This document shows positions 41,854-51,965 of a stretch of DNA of 64,000 nt, in pieces. Every line of letters starts with the position of its first letter. Positions within the stretch are counted from its first letter, which is position 1. The notes under the pieces are model-generated. The model saw only the letters and a list, made by a program, of their open reading frames with translations. It did no database searches and was not told where the DNA came from. The DNA comes from an uncultured Xanthomonas sp. (GTDB taxonomy: Bacteria > Pseudomonadota > Gammaproteobacteria > Xanthomonadales > Xanthomonadaceae): the NCBI GenBank assembly GCA_964523435.1, contig CAZGBA010000004.1, positions 28,589 through 92,588 on the forward strand, read 5' to 3'. A program made the position numbers and the translations under genes.

Positions 41854-43929
41854 TCAGCCTTCGCCGAAGGTGATATCCAGCCCCTTGCGCACGCCGATCT
41901 TCGGCGTCCATCCCAGCGCATCGCGGGCTGCGGCGGTGTCGAAATTCGTCAGCGGACGCAGCGAGCGCACGCGATAGCGGGTCAGCGGCACATCGCGCTT
42001 CAGCACCTTGCCCAGCAGCTCCACGCCGATCGCCAGACACATGAACACCCATTGCGGCATCCACATCAATTTGAGCTTTTCGCCGAGCCTGCGCTTGCAG
42101 CGTTTCAGGTACTCGCTGCGATCCACCGAGTCGGTATCGACGAGATTGAAGATGCGACCCACCGCCTGCGGCGCTTCCGCCGCCAACAGCAGCGCGTCGA
42201 CGATATCGTCGCGGTAGACCAGCGGCAGCGGCACCGAGCCGTCGCCGATCGCGATCCAGCGCCCGGCCAGCGCGATGGTGCCGTTCGGGGTGACCTGTTC
42301 GGCGCCGGGTCCGAAGATCTGGCCGGGGCGCAGAATCACCGCCGGCAGATGTTCCTTCGCGATCGCATCGGCGACCATCTGCTCGGCATTGAGCTTGGTC
42401 TGCGTATACGCGCCGCGCAGCTGCGGATGCGGCTCGAAGCGGTAGTCTTCGGTCAGCACTTCGCCCTTGCGGCGGCCGGCATGGTCGAACACGCTCATCG
42501 AGCTGACGTACACCAGACGCGAGGTCGCATGCTTGCGGCAGGCATCGAGCACGTTGCGGGTGCCCCAGATCGTGCCGGCCTCGAAATCGCGCGGGCCGCC
42601 GCGCATCGCCGCGCCGACGTGGTAGACGATGCGCGCGCCGGCGATCGCGTGATCGACCATGCGCGGGTCGCCCAGATCGCCGATCACGCTCTGGATGCCG
42701 TCGTCGTTCGCGAACGCGGCGACCGGACGGCGCACCAGCACGCGCACGGTCTTGCCCTGCGCGCGCAGGGCCGTGACCACCGCGCGGCCTAGGAAACCGG
42801 CGGCGCCGGTGACCAGCGCATCGGCTGGCGGCAGATCGACATAGCGCGCTTCGAGCTGCTGCAGCCGTGCCGCGTCGGGCGCCGCGCACAGTGGATCGAG
42901 CAGACGGGCGAGACGCAGACCGTCCTCGGCGGTGAACGGCGGCGTTTCGTCGTCACGTACCGCGCGCGCGAAAGCCTCTGCGCCGCGCTGGATGCCGGGC
43001 GACGGCTTCAGACGGCCGGTGGCGAAGCGCAGCACATTCATCGGAATGCGGAATACATCCTTCGCCGCGCCGAAGAACGCGTTGAGGATGATGCCGATGA
43101 ATTTCGGGCCCGGCAGCACGCGATGGATGCGGCAGACCTGGGTGAAACGATCGACTTCGATGATCCCGCGCGTCCCGCGTACGACCAGACGATTTTCCAT
43201 CGGCCGTGCGTTCCACGACAGCAGCAGACGGCCAACGCCGGTCGCGCTCTGCGCCTGGGTCTGCCATTCGTCGAAGCCGAGATTGGGGTCGGTGCCGCGC
43301 GACTGGTAGCGCACATCGACCTGCGAAAGCGCGCCGATGAACGCCTCGATGGTGTACAGCCCGTGCACGCCGAGATCGCGGAACGGATACGAACCCTGCG
43401 TCACCATGCCGGGCAGTGGGCCGCCGGCGTAGGGCGGATATTCGGAATTGCGGACGATATCGACCGACACCACCTCGCCGATGTCGCCGTTCTTCGCTGC
43501 GTCCAGCGCGCGCATCAGCGCCGGGTCGAACAGGTCTGAGTGGTTCACGCCGAGTTTCAGGCCGGTCGCGCGTGATTTCGCCAGCATCGCCTCGCAGTCG
43601 GCGGCGGTGTCGGCCATCGGCTTTTCCACCAGCACATGGCAGCCCATGTCCATCGCCGCCAACGCCAGTGTCGCGTGCGAGGCGGGTGGCGTCAGCACAT
43701 ACACCACGTTGGGGTCGACATCGGCCAGTTCGGCCAGGGTCGCGGCGACTTTCCCGATGTTGAAGCGCTTTGCCAAGGCTTCGGCTGCGGCTCGATTGCT
43801 GTCGCACAGGCCGACGACCTCGACGAAATCCAGCCGCGACAGCGCGGCGAGATGATGGGTGGCGACATAGCCTGCGCCGACGACGGCGACGCGGAGTTTG
43901 TGGGGAGCATGCTTGTGGGAAGCGGTCAT
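41854..43929 (-). CDS. Gfo/Idh/MocA oxidoreductase fused to NAD-dependent epimerase/dehydratase
   Basis: VVGAGYVA, HVLVEKP in N-half; VTGAAGFLG, YVSS, YTQTK in C-half. Confidence 0.85.
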   Translation of the reverse strand: MTASHKHAPHKLRVAVVGAGYVATHHLAALSRLDFVEVVGLCDSNRAAAEALAKRFNIGKVAATLAELADVDPNVVYVLTPPASHATLALAAMDMGCHVLVEKPMADTAADCEAMLAKSRATGLKLGVNHSDLFDPALMRALDAAKNGDIGEVVSVDIVRNSEYPPYAGGPLPGMVTQGSYPFRDLGVHGLYTIEAFIGALSQVDVRYQSRGTDPNLGFDEWQTQAQSATGVGRLLLSWNARPMENRLVVRGTRGIIEVDRFTQVCRIHRVLPGPKFIGIILNAFFGAAKDVFRIPMNVLRFATGRLKPSPGIQRGAEAFARAVRDDETPPFTAEDGLRLARLLDPLCAAPDAARLQQLEARYVDLPPADALVTGAAGFLGRAVVTALRAQGKTVRVLVRRPVAAFANDDGIQSVIGDLGDPRMVDHAIAGARIVYHVGAAMRGGPRDFEAGTIWGTRNVLDACRKHATSRLVYVSSMSVFDHAGRRKGEVLTEDYRFEPHPQLRGAYTQTKLNAEQMVADAIAKEHLPAVILRPGQIFGPGAEQVTPNGTIALAGRWIAIGDGSVPLPLVYRDDIVDALLLAAEAPQAVGRIFNLVDTDSVDRSEYLKRCKRRLGEKLKLMWMPQWVFMCLAIGVELLGKVLKRDVPLTRYRVRSLRPLTNFDTAAARDALGWTPKIGVRKGLDITFGEG

Positions 43930-45128
43930 GGATGTACTGCAGGAGAGGAATGTTTGGAGAGATGCGCGGCGACTTCGGCGAGCGCCGATGCGACGCGCGC
44001 GTCCCAGGTCTGGTCGGCGACGGCGGCGATGCGCGCTTCGGCGGCGCCCGGTGCGTGGTCGATCACGGCGGCATCGAGCGCGGCGAGGAAGCCCTCGCGG
44101 TCGTCCACCAGCCGCACCCAGGTCGAGAATTTTTCGATCTCCGGGTTGCGCACGCTCACGACCGCTTTGCCGGCGGCGAGATATTCGCGCAGTTTCAGCG
44201 GATTGGCGTTGGCGACCTGGCGATTGAGCCGGTAGGGAATGATCGCGGCGTCGAAGGCTTTCGACCACGACGGCAGCGTCGCGTACGGCTGCGAGCCGGC
44301 CAGATGCACGTTCGGCAGCGCGCGCAGGCCGTCGATCGCGATGTGCGCGTGGCCGACCAGCAGGAAGCTCCACTGCGGACGCTGCTGCGCCAGCCATTCG
44401 ATCAGCGGCACGTCGATCCATTCGTGGATCGAGCCGATGTAGCCGACGACCGGTTGCGGCAGATCGCGCGCGAGCGCAGGCAGCTCGGTCGCCGGATCCT
44501 GCGCCTTGGCGAACAGGTCGACATCCACGCCGTGCGGCGAAAACACCGTATTCGGATTGAGCGCGCGCTTGGCGTCGACCAGTGCGGGCGGCGCGACGAA
44601 CAGCAGATCGGCGCGGCGGCTCAGATCGAGATCGCGCTGGGCGATCAGTGCGGCGTCCACGCCGGGATGCGCGGCGTAGTCGTCGATGCAGTAGTACACG
44701 CACAGGTCTTCACCGAGCTTGCCGGCGTGGACGCCCGGGTGCGGCACCACGAACCACGAAATGCGCTTGCGGATGCCGGCCAGCCGCAGCGCGCGGCGAA
44801 CCGCCCAGCGACCGAACAGGCGATTGAAGGCATCGACGCCCGGCAGGCGTCGGAACGGCAACTGCGGCACCGTGCAGTGCCAGAGCCCATCGGCAACCTG
44901 TGTCGGGCGCTTGAAGGCCGCCAATACCTTGCGCACAGCGCGTTTGAGATCGCGGCCGGAGGCGTTCGGCGCGCGCATGCCGGGCGAATCGACGTACAGC
45001 ACCGGCACGTGATGCGCCAGTCGCGCGGCGACGTGATGGCTGCTGGTGCGGTTCTCCGCGTACCAGTCGTTGCCGAAATAGACGATGCCGTAGCCTTCCA
45101 GAGCGGACATCGGTGCAGCCTCATTCAT
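43926..45128 (-). CDS. Glycosyltransferase (GT-B fold, TuaH-like)
   Basis: YYCIDDY, HGVD, NPLKLREYLAAGKAVV. Confidence 0.85.
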   Translation of the reverse strand: MNEAAPMSALEGYGIVYFGNDWYAENRTSSHHVAARLAHHVPVLYVDSPGMRAPNASGRDLKRAVRKVLAAFKRPTQVADGLWHCTVPQLPFRRLPGVDAFNRLFGRWAVRRALRLAGIRKRISWFVVPHPGVHAGKLGEDLCVYYCIDDYAAHPGVDAALIAQRDLDLSRRADLLFVAPPALVDAKRALNPNTVFSPHGVDVDLFAKAQDPATELPALARDLPQPVVGYIGSIHEWIDVPLIEWLAQQRPQWSFLLVGHAHIAIDGLRALPNVHLAGSQPYATLPSWSKAFDAAIIPYRLNRQVANANPLKLREYLAAGKAVVSVRNPEIEKFSTWVRLVDDREGFLAALDAAVIDHAPGAAEARIAAVADQTWDARVASALAEVAAHLSKHSSPAVHP

Positions 45129-45732
45129 CGCGCCACCAGCCGATCAGCCATGCGGTGCTGCCATGGTGAATCCAGTCCTTGTGCAGGCCGGGCACGGCAT
45201 CCAGATGCGGGCCGATCCGGCCGCAGGCGGGCGCGAAGAACGTGACCAGCCCGTTGCGGCCGAGATGACGCATCCGCGCGATGGTTTTCTCAGGCTCGCT
45301 GAGGTAATAGAGCACTTCGCAGGCGGTGACCAGATCGAAACGGTGGCGGTTGTCGCCCCATGGCTGGCCGAAAATATCGGTGGCTTCGAACTGCGCCTGC
45401 GGCAGGCGCTTGCGCGCTCGCTCGACCGCCTGCTGACTGACATCGACGCCGTACTGCGTGTCGCTGAGTTGGGCAAGGTATTCGGTCTGATGGCCTTCGC
45501 CGCAGCCGAGTTCAAGCACCGAGCCAACCCGGCCGAACGCCTGTTCGATCACCCGGTTGGTCGCCTCGAAGCGCGCGCGTTCGAGATCCGAGGCCATATT
45601 CCATGGATCCTCGACGGTGTACGCCAGGTCCAGACGGTCGAAGTTGTCGCTGCCGCCCACGCCGCGCAGGGCGTATTTCATCCACAGTCGACGGCGCGCC
45701 TTGCGCAGCAGGGTGATCGCTTTGGGAAACAT
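45121..45732 (-). CDS. Class I SAM methyltransferase (NodS-like)
   Basis: DPWNM, LELGCGEG, FDLV...EVLYYL. Confidence 0.8.
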   Translation of the reverse strand: MFPKAITLLRKARRRLWMKYALRGVGGSDNFDRLDLAYTVEDPWNMASDLERARFEATNRVIEQAFGRVGSVLELGCGEGHQTEYLAQLSDTQYGVDVSQQAVERARKRLPQAQFEATDIFGQPWGDNRHRFDLVTACEVLYYLSEPEKTIARMRHLGRNGLVTFFAPACGRIGPHLDAVPGLHKDWIHHGSTAWLIGWWRDE

Positions 45733-45745
45733 GCCGGTGTCCGAA

Positions 45746-46480
45746 TCAGTCGCAGTCGCGGTCGTCGGGGCTGGCGGCGGCCGCATGCGCATCGCGCGCA
45801 GCCGATACCCGCAGCGGGCGCAGCGGCGAGCTGTACCAGTCCACGACTTTGTCACAGCGGAATTCGACCCACGACGGGCCATAGCTCCAGCGCAGCGCAT
45901 GCATATCGAGCGGTTCCCCCAGAATGTCCCGCACCGTGTCCTTCTCCATGCCCGGCGCGATCGTCAGCGTCGCCATCAAGGGCTTCGCAGCGAGGCGCAC
46001 GTGCTGTTCGTCGTTGCCGTAGAACGTGTCGATGGCAGATGCATCCCCCGTGACGCGACCATTTTCGGGCTCGTTTTCCACCACACGCCAGCCCAGTACG
46101 GCGATGGCGACCAGCGACACCAGCACGAAGTAACGCGATATTCTGCCAAAATCGGCCGCCGAAGGCTCGTTCCCATCCGGATCGCCCGCAAACAGAGGGG
46201 GGAGCGACGGGCTGTCGGTGGAGGCTCCGGACCGCTCCGGCGACAGCAGCCCCGTGGACATCGCACCAGGCATCCGCCGATAGCGCGCGTGGAAATCCAG
46301 CGCCGCATCGTAAAGACGGTTCAATTGCTGCAACTGTCCGGTATCCTCTGCGCTTCCGCCCTGGTCCGGATGGAGTTTCGACACGCGTCGCCGCCATGCA
46401 CTGCGCAATTCGGCGAGGGAGCAGGTCGAATCGATGCCGAGTTCGCGAAAAAGCGCTCCGAAATCGGTGTCTTCGGCCAT
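45746..46480 (-). CDS. J-domain membrane protein
   Basis: LG...ELRSAWRRRVSKLHPD; one TM helix; C-terminal IAPGMEKDTVRDILGEP. Confidence 0.8.
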   Translation of the reverse strand: MAEDTDFGALFRELGIDSTCSLAELRSAWRRRVSKLHPDQGGSAEDTGQLQQLNRLYDAALDFHARYRRMPGAMSTGLLSPERSGASTDSPSLPPLFAGDPDGNEPSAADFGRISRYFVLVSLVAIAVLGWRVVENEPENGRVTGDASAIDTFYGNDEQHVRLAAKPLMATLTIAPGMEKDTVRDILGEPLDMHALRWSYGPSWVEFRCDKVVDWYSSPLRPLRVSAARDAHAAAASPDDRDCD

Positions 46481-46607
46481 GTCCGCTCCATCGCTGGCGT
46501 TCGTGTGAGGCGCGCAGTGGACCGCGTTCTCCGGACGAATGCAAGCTGCTCGCGGTGTCCGGACGGTGGCGGTCGTTGCGTTGTGCGTGAATGATACAGG
46601 GGGTGGG

Positions 46608-47705
46608 ATGAGCGGTACGGTTGTTGGTGCAGGGATCAGGTCGAGCGAAATGCCGTTGGCCGGTCGCCGGCCCCGGTTGGCGCGCGCCTGCGCCCGCGCG
46701 GGCCTGTTGCCGCTGATCGCCCGGATGCGGGCGGCGCTGCGCCACGATCTGCGCATCCTCGCGTATCACCGCGTGCTGGACGCCGTCGAGCCGCCCGGCT
46801 TCCGTTTCGATCCCGAACTCATCAGCGCGTCCAGCGCCGCTTTCCGACAGCAATTGACCATCCTCAAGCGCCGCTACGTGCCGATGCGTTTCGACGAGCT
46901 GTTGGATTGCTTCGAGCGTGGTCGGCCCATACCGAGTCGCGCCGTGCTCATCACTTTCGACGACGGTTACGACGACAATTACCGTTGCGCATGGCCGATC
47001 CTGCGTGATGCCGGCCTCTCGGCGATGTTCTTCGTATCGACCGGACACATCGATTCGGGTCGTCCCTTCGACTACGACTGGCTTGTGCATATGCTGTGTA
47101 CGACCAGCGCCGGATCCTTGCATGCTCCGGAACTGGCCATCGATTGGCATCTGCCCGATGACCTGGGCGCACGGCGCGAACTCGCGGCCCGGCTGCTCGA
47201 TCTCATCAAGGCGCTCGATGCGGATGCGCAGCAGGCGCTGATCGATCGTCTGAAGCGAGAATGGTCGTTGTCTCCGGAAGCGGGGCACCCTTATTGCCGG
47301 CCGATGACCTGGGCGCAACTGCGCGAGATGCATGCCGGTGGCATGGAGGTCGGTTCGCATGGCGTCGACCACCGGATGCTCGCGAAAATGTCGAGGGTGG
47401 CGATGCGCGAGGAAATCGAGATCTCCAAACGGACGATCGAGCGTGAGCTCGGCAGCGAAGCGCGGGTCATCTCGTACCCGGTCGGTGGCGCGGACGCCTA
47501 CGACGATGCGGTCGTCGCCGCAGTACGCGATGCGGGCTATCGGATGGCCTGCAGTTACCTCGCCGGTCCGGAACGCCTGGGTCTGGATACCCGTTACGCG
47601 ATGCGGCGGATTCCGGTCGAACGGCAGATGGATGCGGACTGGTTCGAGAGCATGCTCGCGTTGCCGGAAGTGTTCTGCCATCGCTCGCGAACACGGGTCG
47701 GATAG
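46608..47705 (+). CDS. Polysaccharide deacetylase family protein
   Basis: LAYHRV, ITFDDGYDDN, GSHGVDH, SYPVG. Confidence 0.88.
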   Translation: MSGTVVGAGIRSSEMPLAGRRPRLARACARAGLLPLIARMRAALRHDLRILAYHRVLDAVEPPGFRFDPELISASSAAFRQQLTILKRRYVPMRFDELLDCFERGRPIPSRAVLITFDDGYDDNYRCAWPILRDAGLSAMFFVSTGHIDSGRPFDYDWLVHMLCTTSAGSLHAPELAIDWHLPDDLGARRELAARLLDLIKALDADAQQALIDRLKREWSLSPEAGHPYCRPMTWAQLREMHAGGMEVGSHGVDHRMLAKMSRVAMREEIEISKRTIERELGSEARVISYPVGGADAYDDAVVAAVRDAGYRMACSYLAGPERLGLDTRYAMRRIPVERQMDADWFESMLALPEVFCHRSRTRVG

Positions 47706-47713
47706 GGCACAGC

Positions 47714-49060
47714 ATGTTCATCGCGATGATGTGCTATCTGTTGCTGGTGCTGATCCGGCCCCAGGACTATCCGGCGATGGTCGACAGTGTCGGCTTGCCG
47801 CTGCAGCCGATCATGCTGATCACCGCCGCCGCATTCTGGATGCTGTCCCCGAGAAAGGATTTCGACGCGCCGCAGTATCAACTTCTGCTGATGTTCTTCG
47901 GCGTGCTGCTGGTGTCGCACGTGTTCAACGGCTGGATCGGCGGTGCGATCGAGCAGGTCGGGAAATTCGCGCCGGTGGTGCTGGCGTTCGCGGTGTTCGC
48001 CAACGGACTGGATCGTCGCAGTCGGATCCTCAAGTTCATGGCGGTGTATTCGGTATGCGCCGCAGTGCTGGCAGTACATGGGATCGGGCAGAGGGAGACT
48101 GGGCTGGGCTGGACCGGCGTCGAAATGTCCCAAGGCACGCGTATCCAATATGTCGGCATCTTCAACGACCCCAACGACCTGGGGCTGCTGTTCGTGAGTT
48201 GCGTGCCGATGGCCGTTTATCTCAGCAGTCGCGGCGGTTTGTTGGGTTTGCGTCGCCTGTTCTGGCTGGCGATCACCGGTCTGCTGGTCTATGGCGTCTA
48301 TCTCACCGACTCGCGCGGCGCGCTGCTCGGATTGTTGTCGACGATGGGCGTATTCGTCTGGCAACGCAAGGGCTTGATCGTGGCGGGCGTGCTCGGGGCC
48401 ATGGCGGTGGCGGTGCTGCTGCTGCTGCCGTCGCGATTCAGCGAAATCGATGCCGAAGAGGAGTCGGCGCAAGGTCGCGTCGAATCCTGGTACGAAGGTC
48501 TGCAGATGTTCCAGGAATATCCGCTGTTCGGTGTCGGGCCCGACATGTACACCGAACACAATCCGCTGACCGCGCACAACTCGTTCGTTCTGATTCTTGC
48601 CGAGACCGGTATCGTCGGTTATACCCTGTGGCTCGCGTTTCTGATTTATTGCTTCCGGATGATGTGGAGGGGGTCGCGTCCACAGGCTGCGATTGATTGG
48701 GAAGAGCAGGACGAAGATGGTCCGGATTCTGGCGAGATGGAAGACGATATCGAAATGGATATGGACATGGATTGGGAAGCGCTTGATGCGCGGGTCAAAG
48801 AAGGGCGTGCGATTTCGATGGCGCTACTGTTGTCGCTGATCGGCTTTTTTGTCGCGGCGTTCTTTCTGAGCCGGAGCTACGTGATCATTCTCTATCTGCT
48901 TACCGCGATGGTGGTCGCACACTACGCGGACATTCGACGTGACGATCCGAGTTTGCCTCACTTTGTGCTTGCCGATGATGCATTGCTGTGGCCTGTCGTG
49001 GGTCTGGGCAGCGCCATTTTTCTTTACATCGTGGTCAAGATTCTTCTGGTGACGCAATGA
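47714..49060 (+). CDS. O-antigen ligase/Wzy-type polymerase
   Basis: Multi-TM; FNDPNDLG, TDSRG, PLFGVG, AHNSF. Confidence 0.85.
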   Translation: MFIAMMCYLLLVLIRPQDYPAMVDSVGLPLQPIMLITAAAFWMLSPRKDFDAPQYQLLLMFFGVLLVSHVFNGWIGGAIEQVGKFAPVVLAFAVFANGLDRRSRILKFMAVYSVCAAVLAVHGIGQRETGLGWTGVEMSQGTRIQYVGIFNDPNDLGLLFVSCVPMAVYLSSRGGLLGLRRLFWLAITGLLVYGVYLTDSRGALLGLLSTMGVFVWQRKGLIVAGVLGAMAVAVLLLLPSRFSEIDAEEESAQGRVESWYEGLQMFQEYPLFGVGPDMYTEHNPLTAHNSFVLILAETGIVGYTLWLAFLIYCFRMMWRGSRPQAAIDWEEQDEDGPDSGEMEDDIEMDMDMDWEALDARVKEGRAISMALLLSLIGFFVAAFFLSRSYVIILYLLTAMVVAHYADIRRDDPSLPHFVLADDALLWPVVGLGSAIFLYIVVKILLVTQ

Positions 49061-50607
49061 CCCTCCGCGCGCAAACTCTCCGCAATACGCTGTTCTCTTC
49101 GGTGGCGATGTACACCGAATTCGCGCTTGGCATGCTGACGTCGATCATCATCGCCCGCCATCTCGGCCCGGAAGGTTTCGGCGCCTACAGCGCGGTCATC
49201 TGGCTGGTCGGCATGGGGATCGCCGCCACCAATTCGGGGACCGCAAGTTCTGCGATCAAGTTCGTCGCGGAGCTGCGCGGCGGCGGGCGGGATTCGCTGG
49301 TCCGGCCGCTGATCGCCTATCTGCGCCGCGCGCAGCGGCTGTTTCTTGCGATCGTTCTGCTGTTCGGCGCGCTGGCGCTGTGGCTGGCGGGGCATCGGGT
49401 GGCGCCGGACTTCAATCACGGGATGCTGTTCGCGTTCCTGGTGATCGCGGTATCGCTGCGCGCCGGCTACATGTTCAACATCGGCGTGGCCAAGGGGCTG
49501 GAGAATTTCCGGATCAATGCGATGGTCGCGGTGCTGTCGACGCCCCTGAACCTGGCGATGGTGGTGCTGGTGATGTGGTTCGACATGCCGGTGGAATGGC
49601 TGCTCGGCGTGTTCCTGGTATCGAGCGTGGTCTTCTACACGATGTCGCGCGCGCAGGTGCTTCCCTTGTTGCCGCCCGGCGAAGATCGCCCGGACCTGCC
49701 TGAGGATCTGGTGCCGCGCGTGCGTCAGCAGATGCTCTACAGCACGTTGATCGTTACCGTCGGCTTCATTGCCGCCAGCGAAATCGAGGTGCTGTTCCTG
49801 ACCGCATACGCGGACCCGCATGCTGCCGGCCAGTTCAAGGTCGGTTACCAGTTGGCCAGCGGCGCGACGACGCTGGTGCCGGGCGTGTTCGGAGCGCTGT
49901 TGTTGCCGATGATGGCGAATGCGCTGAGCCAGGGGCGCGAAGTCGCAGGTCGGCGGTTCGCCGCATCCACCGCCTATCTCGCGCTGCTGGCGCTGCCGCT
50001 GGTGGCGTTCGGCGTGGTGCTCGCCAAGCCGCTGATCGGTCTGCTGTACGGCAGCGAATACGACGAAGCCGCAGCGGTCTTCGCCGTATGCCTGGCCGGC
50101 ACCGCGATCGCCACCTCGGCCCAGGGCGGGTCGAGTCTGCTGATCAGCGCCGACCGCCAGCGTGCGGTCCTGATCATGGTGATCTGCTTCGGTGTGCTGA
50201 AACTCGTGCTGGACGCCTGGCTCATCCGCGCCGACGGTCTGCACGGGGCGATGCTGGCGTTCTTCTCCGTCTCGATCTTCAATGCGATCGCCTACGTGAC
50301 GATGGCGACCCGGGTCAGCGGCGTTTCGCCCGATTGGGGGCGGATCCTGCGCACGCTGCTGGCGAGCGTGCTGGCGGTATTGCCGCTGTGGCCGCTGGTG
50401 CCGCATCTGCAGGCATGGGCCGCGCTGCTCGCCGGCGCAGTCATCGGCGGCGCGCTGTATCTGCCGCTCACGTTGTCGCTGGGCTGCTGGACGCGAAACG
50501 ACATCGCGCACATGCAGCAGTTGCACCAGCGTCTGTTTGGCGGGCGCCCGCGTCTCGGGGCGCGCCTGTTGTCCTGGGCGCATGCGCGCGCGGAGCTTGC
50601 GATATGA
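49057..50607 (+). CDS. Wzx oligosaccharide flippase
   Basis: IIARHLGPEGFG; many TM helices; LYGSEY. Confidence 0.85.
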   Translation: MTLRAQTLRNTLFSSVAMYTEFALGMLTSIIIARHLGPEGFGAYSAVIWLVGMGIAATNSGTASSAIKFVAELRGGGRDSLVRPLIAYLRRAQRLFLAIVLLFGALALWLAGHRVAPDFNHGMLFAFLVIAVSLRAGYMFNIGVAKGLENFRINAMVAVLSTPLNLAMVVLVMWFDMPVEWLLGVFLVSSVVFYTMSRAQVLPLLPPGEDRPDLPEDLVPRVRQQMLYSTLIVTVGFIAASEIEVLFLTAYADPHAAGQFKVGYQLASGATTLVPGVFGALLLPMMANALSQGREVAGRRFAASTAYLALLALPLVAFGVVLAKPLIGLLYGSEYDEAAAVFAVCLAGTAIATSAQGGSSLLISADRQRAVLIMVICFGVLKLVLDAWLIRADGLHGAMLAFFSVSIFNAIAYVTMATRVSGVSPDWGRILRTLLASVLAVLPLWPLVPHLQAWAALLAGAVIGGALYLPLTLSLGCWTRNDIAHMQQLHQRLFGGRPRLGARLLSWAHARAELAI

Positions 50608-51965
50608 GCGGTATCTACGAGTCCCTGTTCCGGCGCGCGCTGTATCCGGCCTACGAGTCGGGCCTGCGCAGGCGCAAGACCCTGACGTATCTGCGCGAGT
50701 ACGAGCGCGACCAGTGGCGTTCCGCCGATGAGCTTGATGCGCTGCAGTGGGAGAAGTTGCAGCGCCTGATCGCGCACTGTTGGCAGCATGTGCCGTTCTA
50801 TCGCGAATGGTGGGGAAGGGTCGGTGTCGAAGCCGCAGACGACATCCGCAACCGGGAGGATTACGCGCGGCTGCCATTGCTGAACAAGCTGGTCATCCGC
50901 GAGCACTCCGAATCGATGATCGCGCCCGCATATCGCGATGCGTTGTATTTCAAGAGCACCGGCGGCTCGACCGGCGAGCCGATGCGCTTCGGCTACACCC
51001 GCGAGAGCTATGAGCGTCGGGTCGCGGTGATGTTCCGCGGCTACGGATGGTCCGGCGCGCATCTGGGACAGCGCACCGCGTATCTGTGGGGCGCGCCGGT
51101 GGCGGCGCCGGCGGGCTTCCGGTTGTTCAAGGATCGCCTTTACCACGCCGCGTTCAACCGGCGCATGCTCAACGCGTTCGACATGAGCGAACAGCGGATG
51201 GCCGAGTACGCCGACGCGATCGACAGCTTCAAGCCGGAGACCATCGTTTCCTACGTTGGACCGCTGGTGGAGCTGGCGCACTGGATCGAACGCAACGGCC
51301 GCACCATCCATCGCCCGCAGCGCGTGCTCGGCGCGGCGGAAGCGCTGCATGCGCATCAGCGCGAGCTGCTGCAGCGCGTTTTCGGCGCGCCCGCATACGA
51401 CACCTACGGCTGTCGCGAAGTGATGCTGATCGCCGCCGAGTGCGAGGCGCACGATGGCCTGCACATCAACATCGATCATCTCCACGTCGAGTTCCACGAC
51501 GAGACCGCAGCGGTTCGCGGCAGCGGCCCGGCCGAACTGGTGATCACCGATCTCCACAACTACGGCATGCCCTTGATGCGCTATCTCAACGGCGATCTCG
51601 GCACGCCCGGCGCCAGCACCTGCGCCTGCGGTCGACACCTTCCCAAATTGGCGAAGGTCGACGGGCGCAAGCTCGATGCGCTGCGGACCGCCGATGGCCG
51701 TGTGTTGCCGGGCGAATATTTCGTCCACACGCTGATGAATTTCACCTCGATCCGCCACTATCAGGTCGTACAGCGCAGCCTCGACAGCCTCATTGTGCGG
51801 CTGGTGAAAAACGAGGGCTTCGATGGCGCAGCGGAAGCCAGCGTCCGCGACGAGATCCGGAAACTGGTGGGCGACAGCGTCGCGGTCGAGTTCGAGTACC
51901 GCGACGAGATCGCCCTGACCGCCAGCGGCAAGCGCCGCGTCACCATCTGCGAGCTGCCGACATGA
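50604..51965 (+). CDS. CapK/phenylacetate-CoA-ligase-like adenylate-forming enzyme
   Basis: STGGSTGEP, YGCRE, MPLMRYLNGD, ASGK. Confidence 0.85.
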   Translation: MSGIYESLFRRALYPAYESGLRRRKTLTYLREYERDQWRSADELDALQWEKLQRLIAHCWQHVPFYREWWGRVGVEAADDIRNREDYARLPLLNKLVIREHSESMIAPAYRDALYFKSTGGSTGEPMRFGYTRESYERRVAVMFRGYGWSGAHLGQRTAYLWGAPVAAPAGFRLFKDRLYHAAFNRRMLNAFDMSEQRMAEYADAIDSFKPETIVSYVGPLVELAHWIERNGRTIHRPQRVLGAAEALHAHQRELLQRVFGAPAYDTYGCREVMLIAAECEAHDGLHINIDHLHVEFHDETAAVRGSGPAELVITDLHNYGMPLMRYLNGDLGTPGASTCACGRHLPKLAKVDGRKLDALRTADGRVLPGEYFVHTLMNFTSIRHYQVVQRSLDSLIVRLVKNEGFDGAAEASVRDEIRKLVGDSVAVEFEYRDEIALTASGKRRVTICELPT

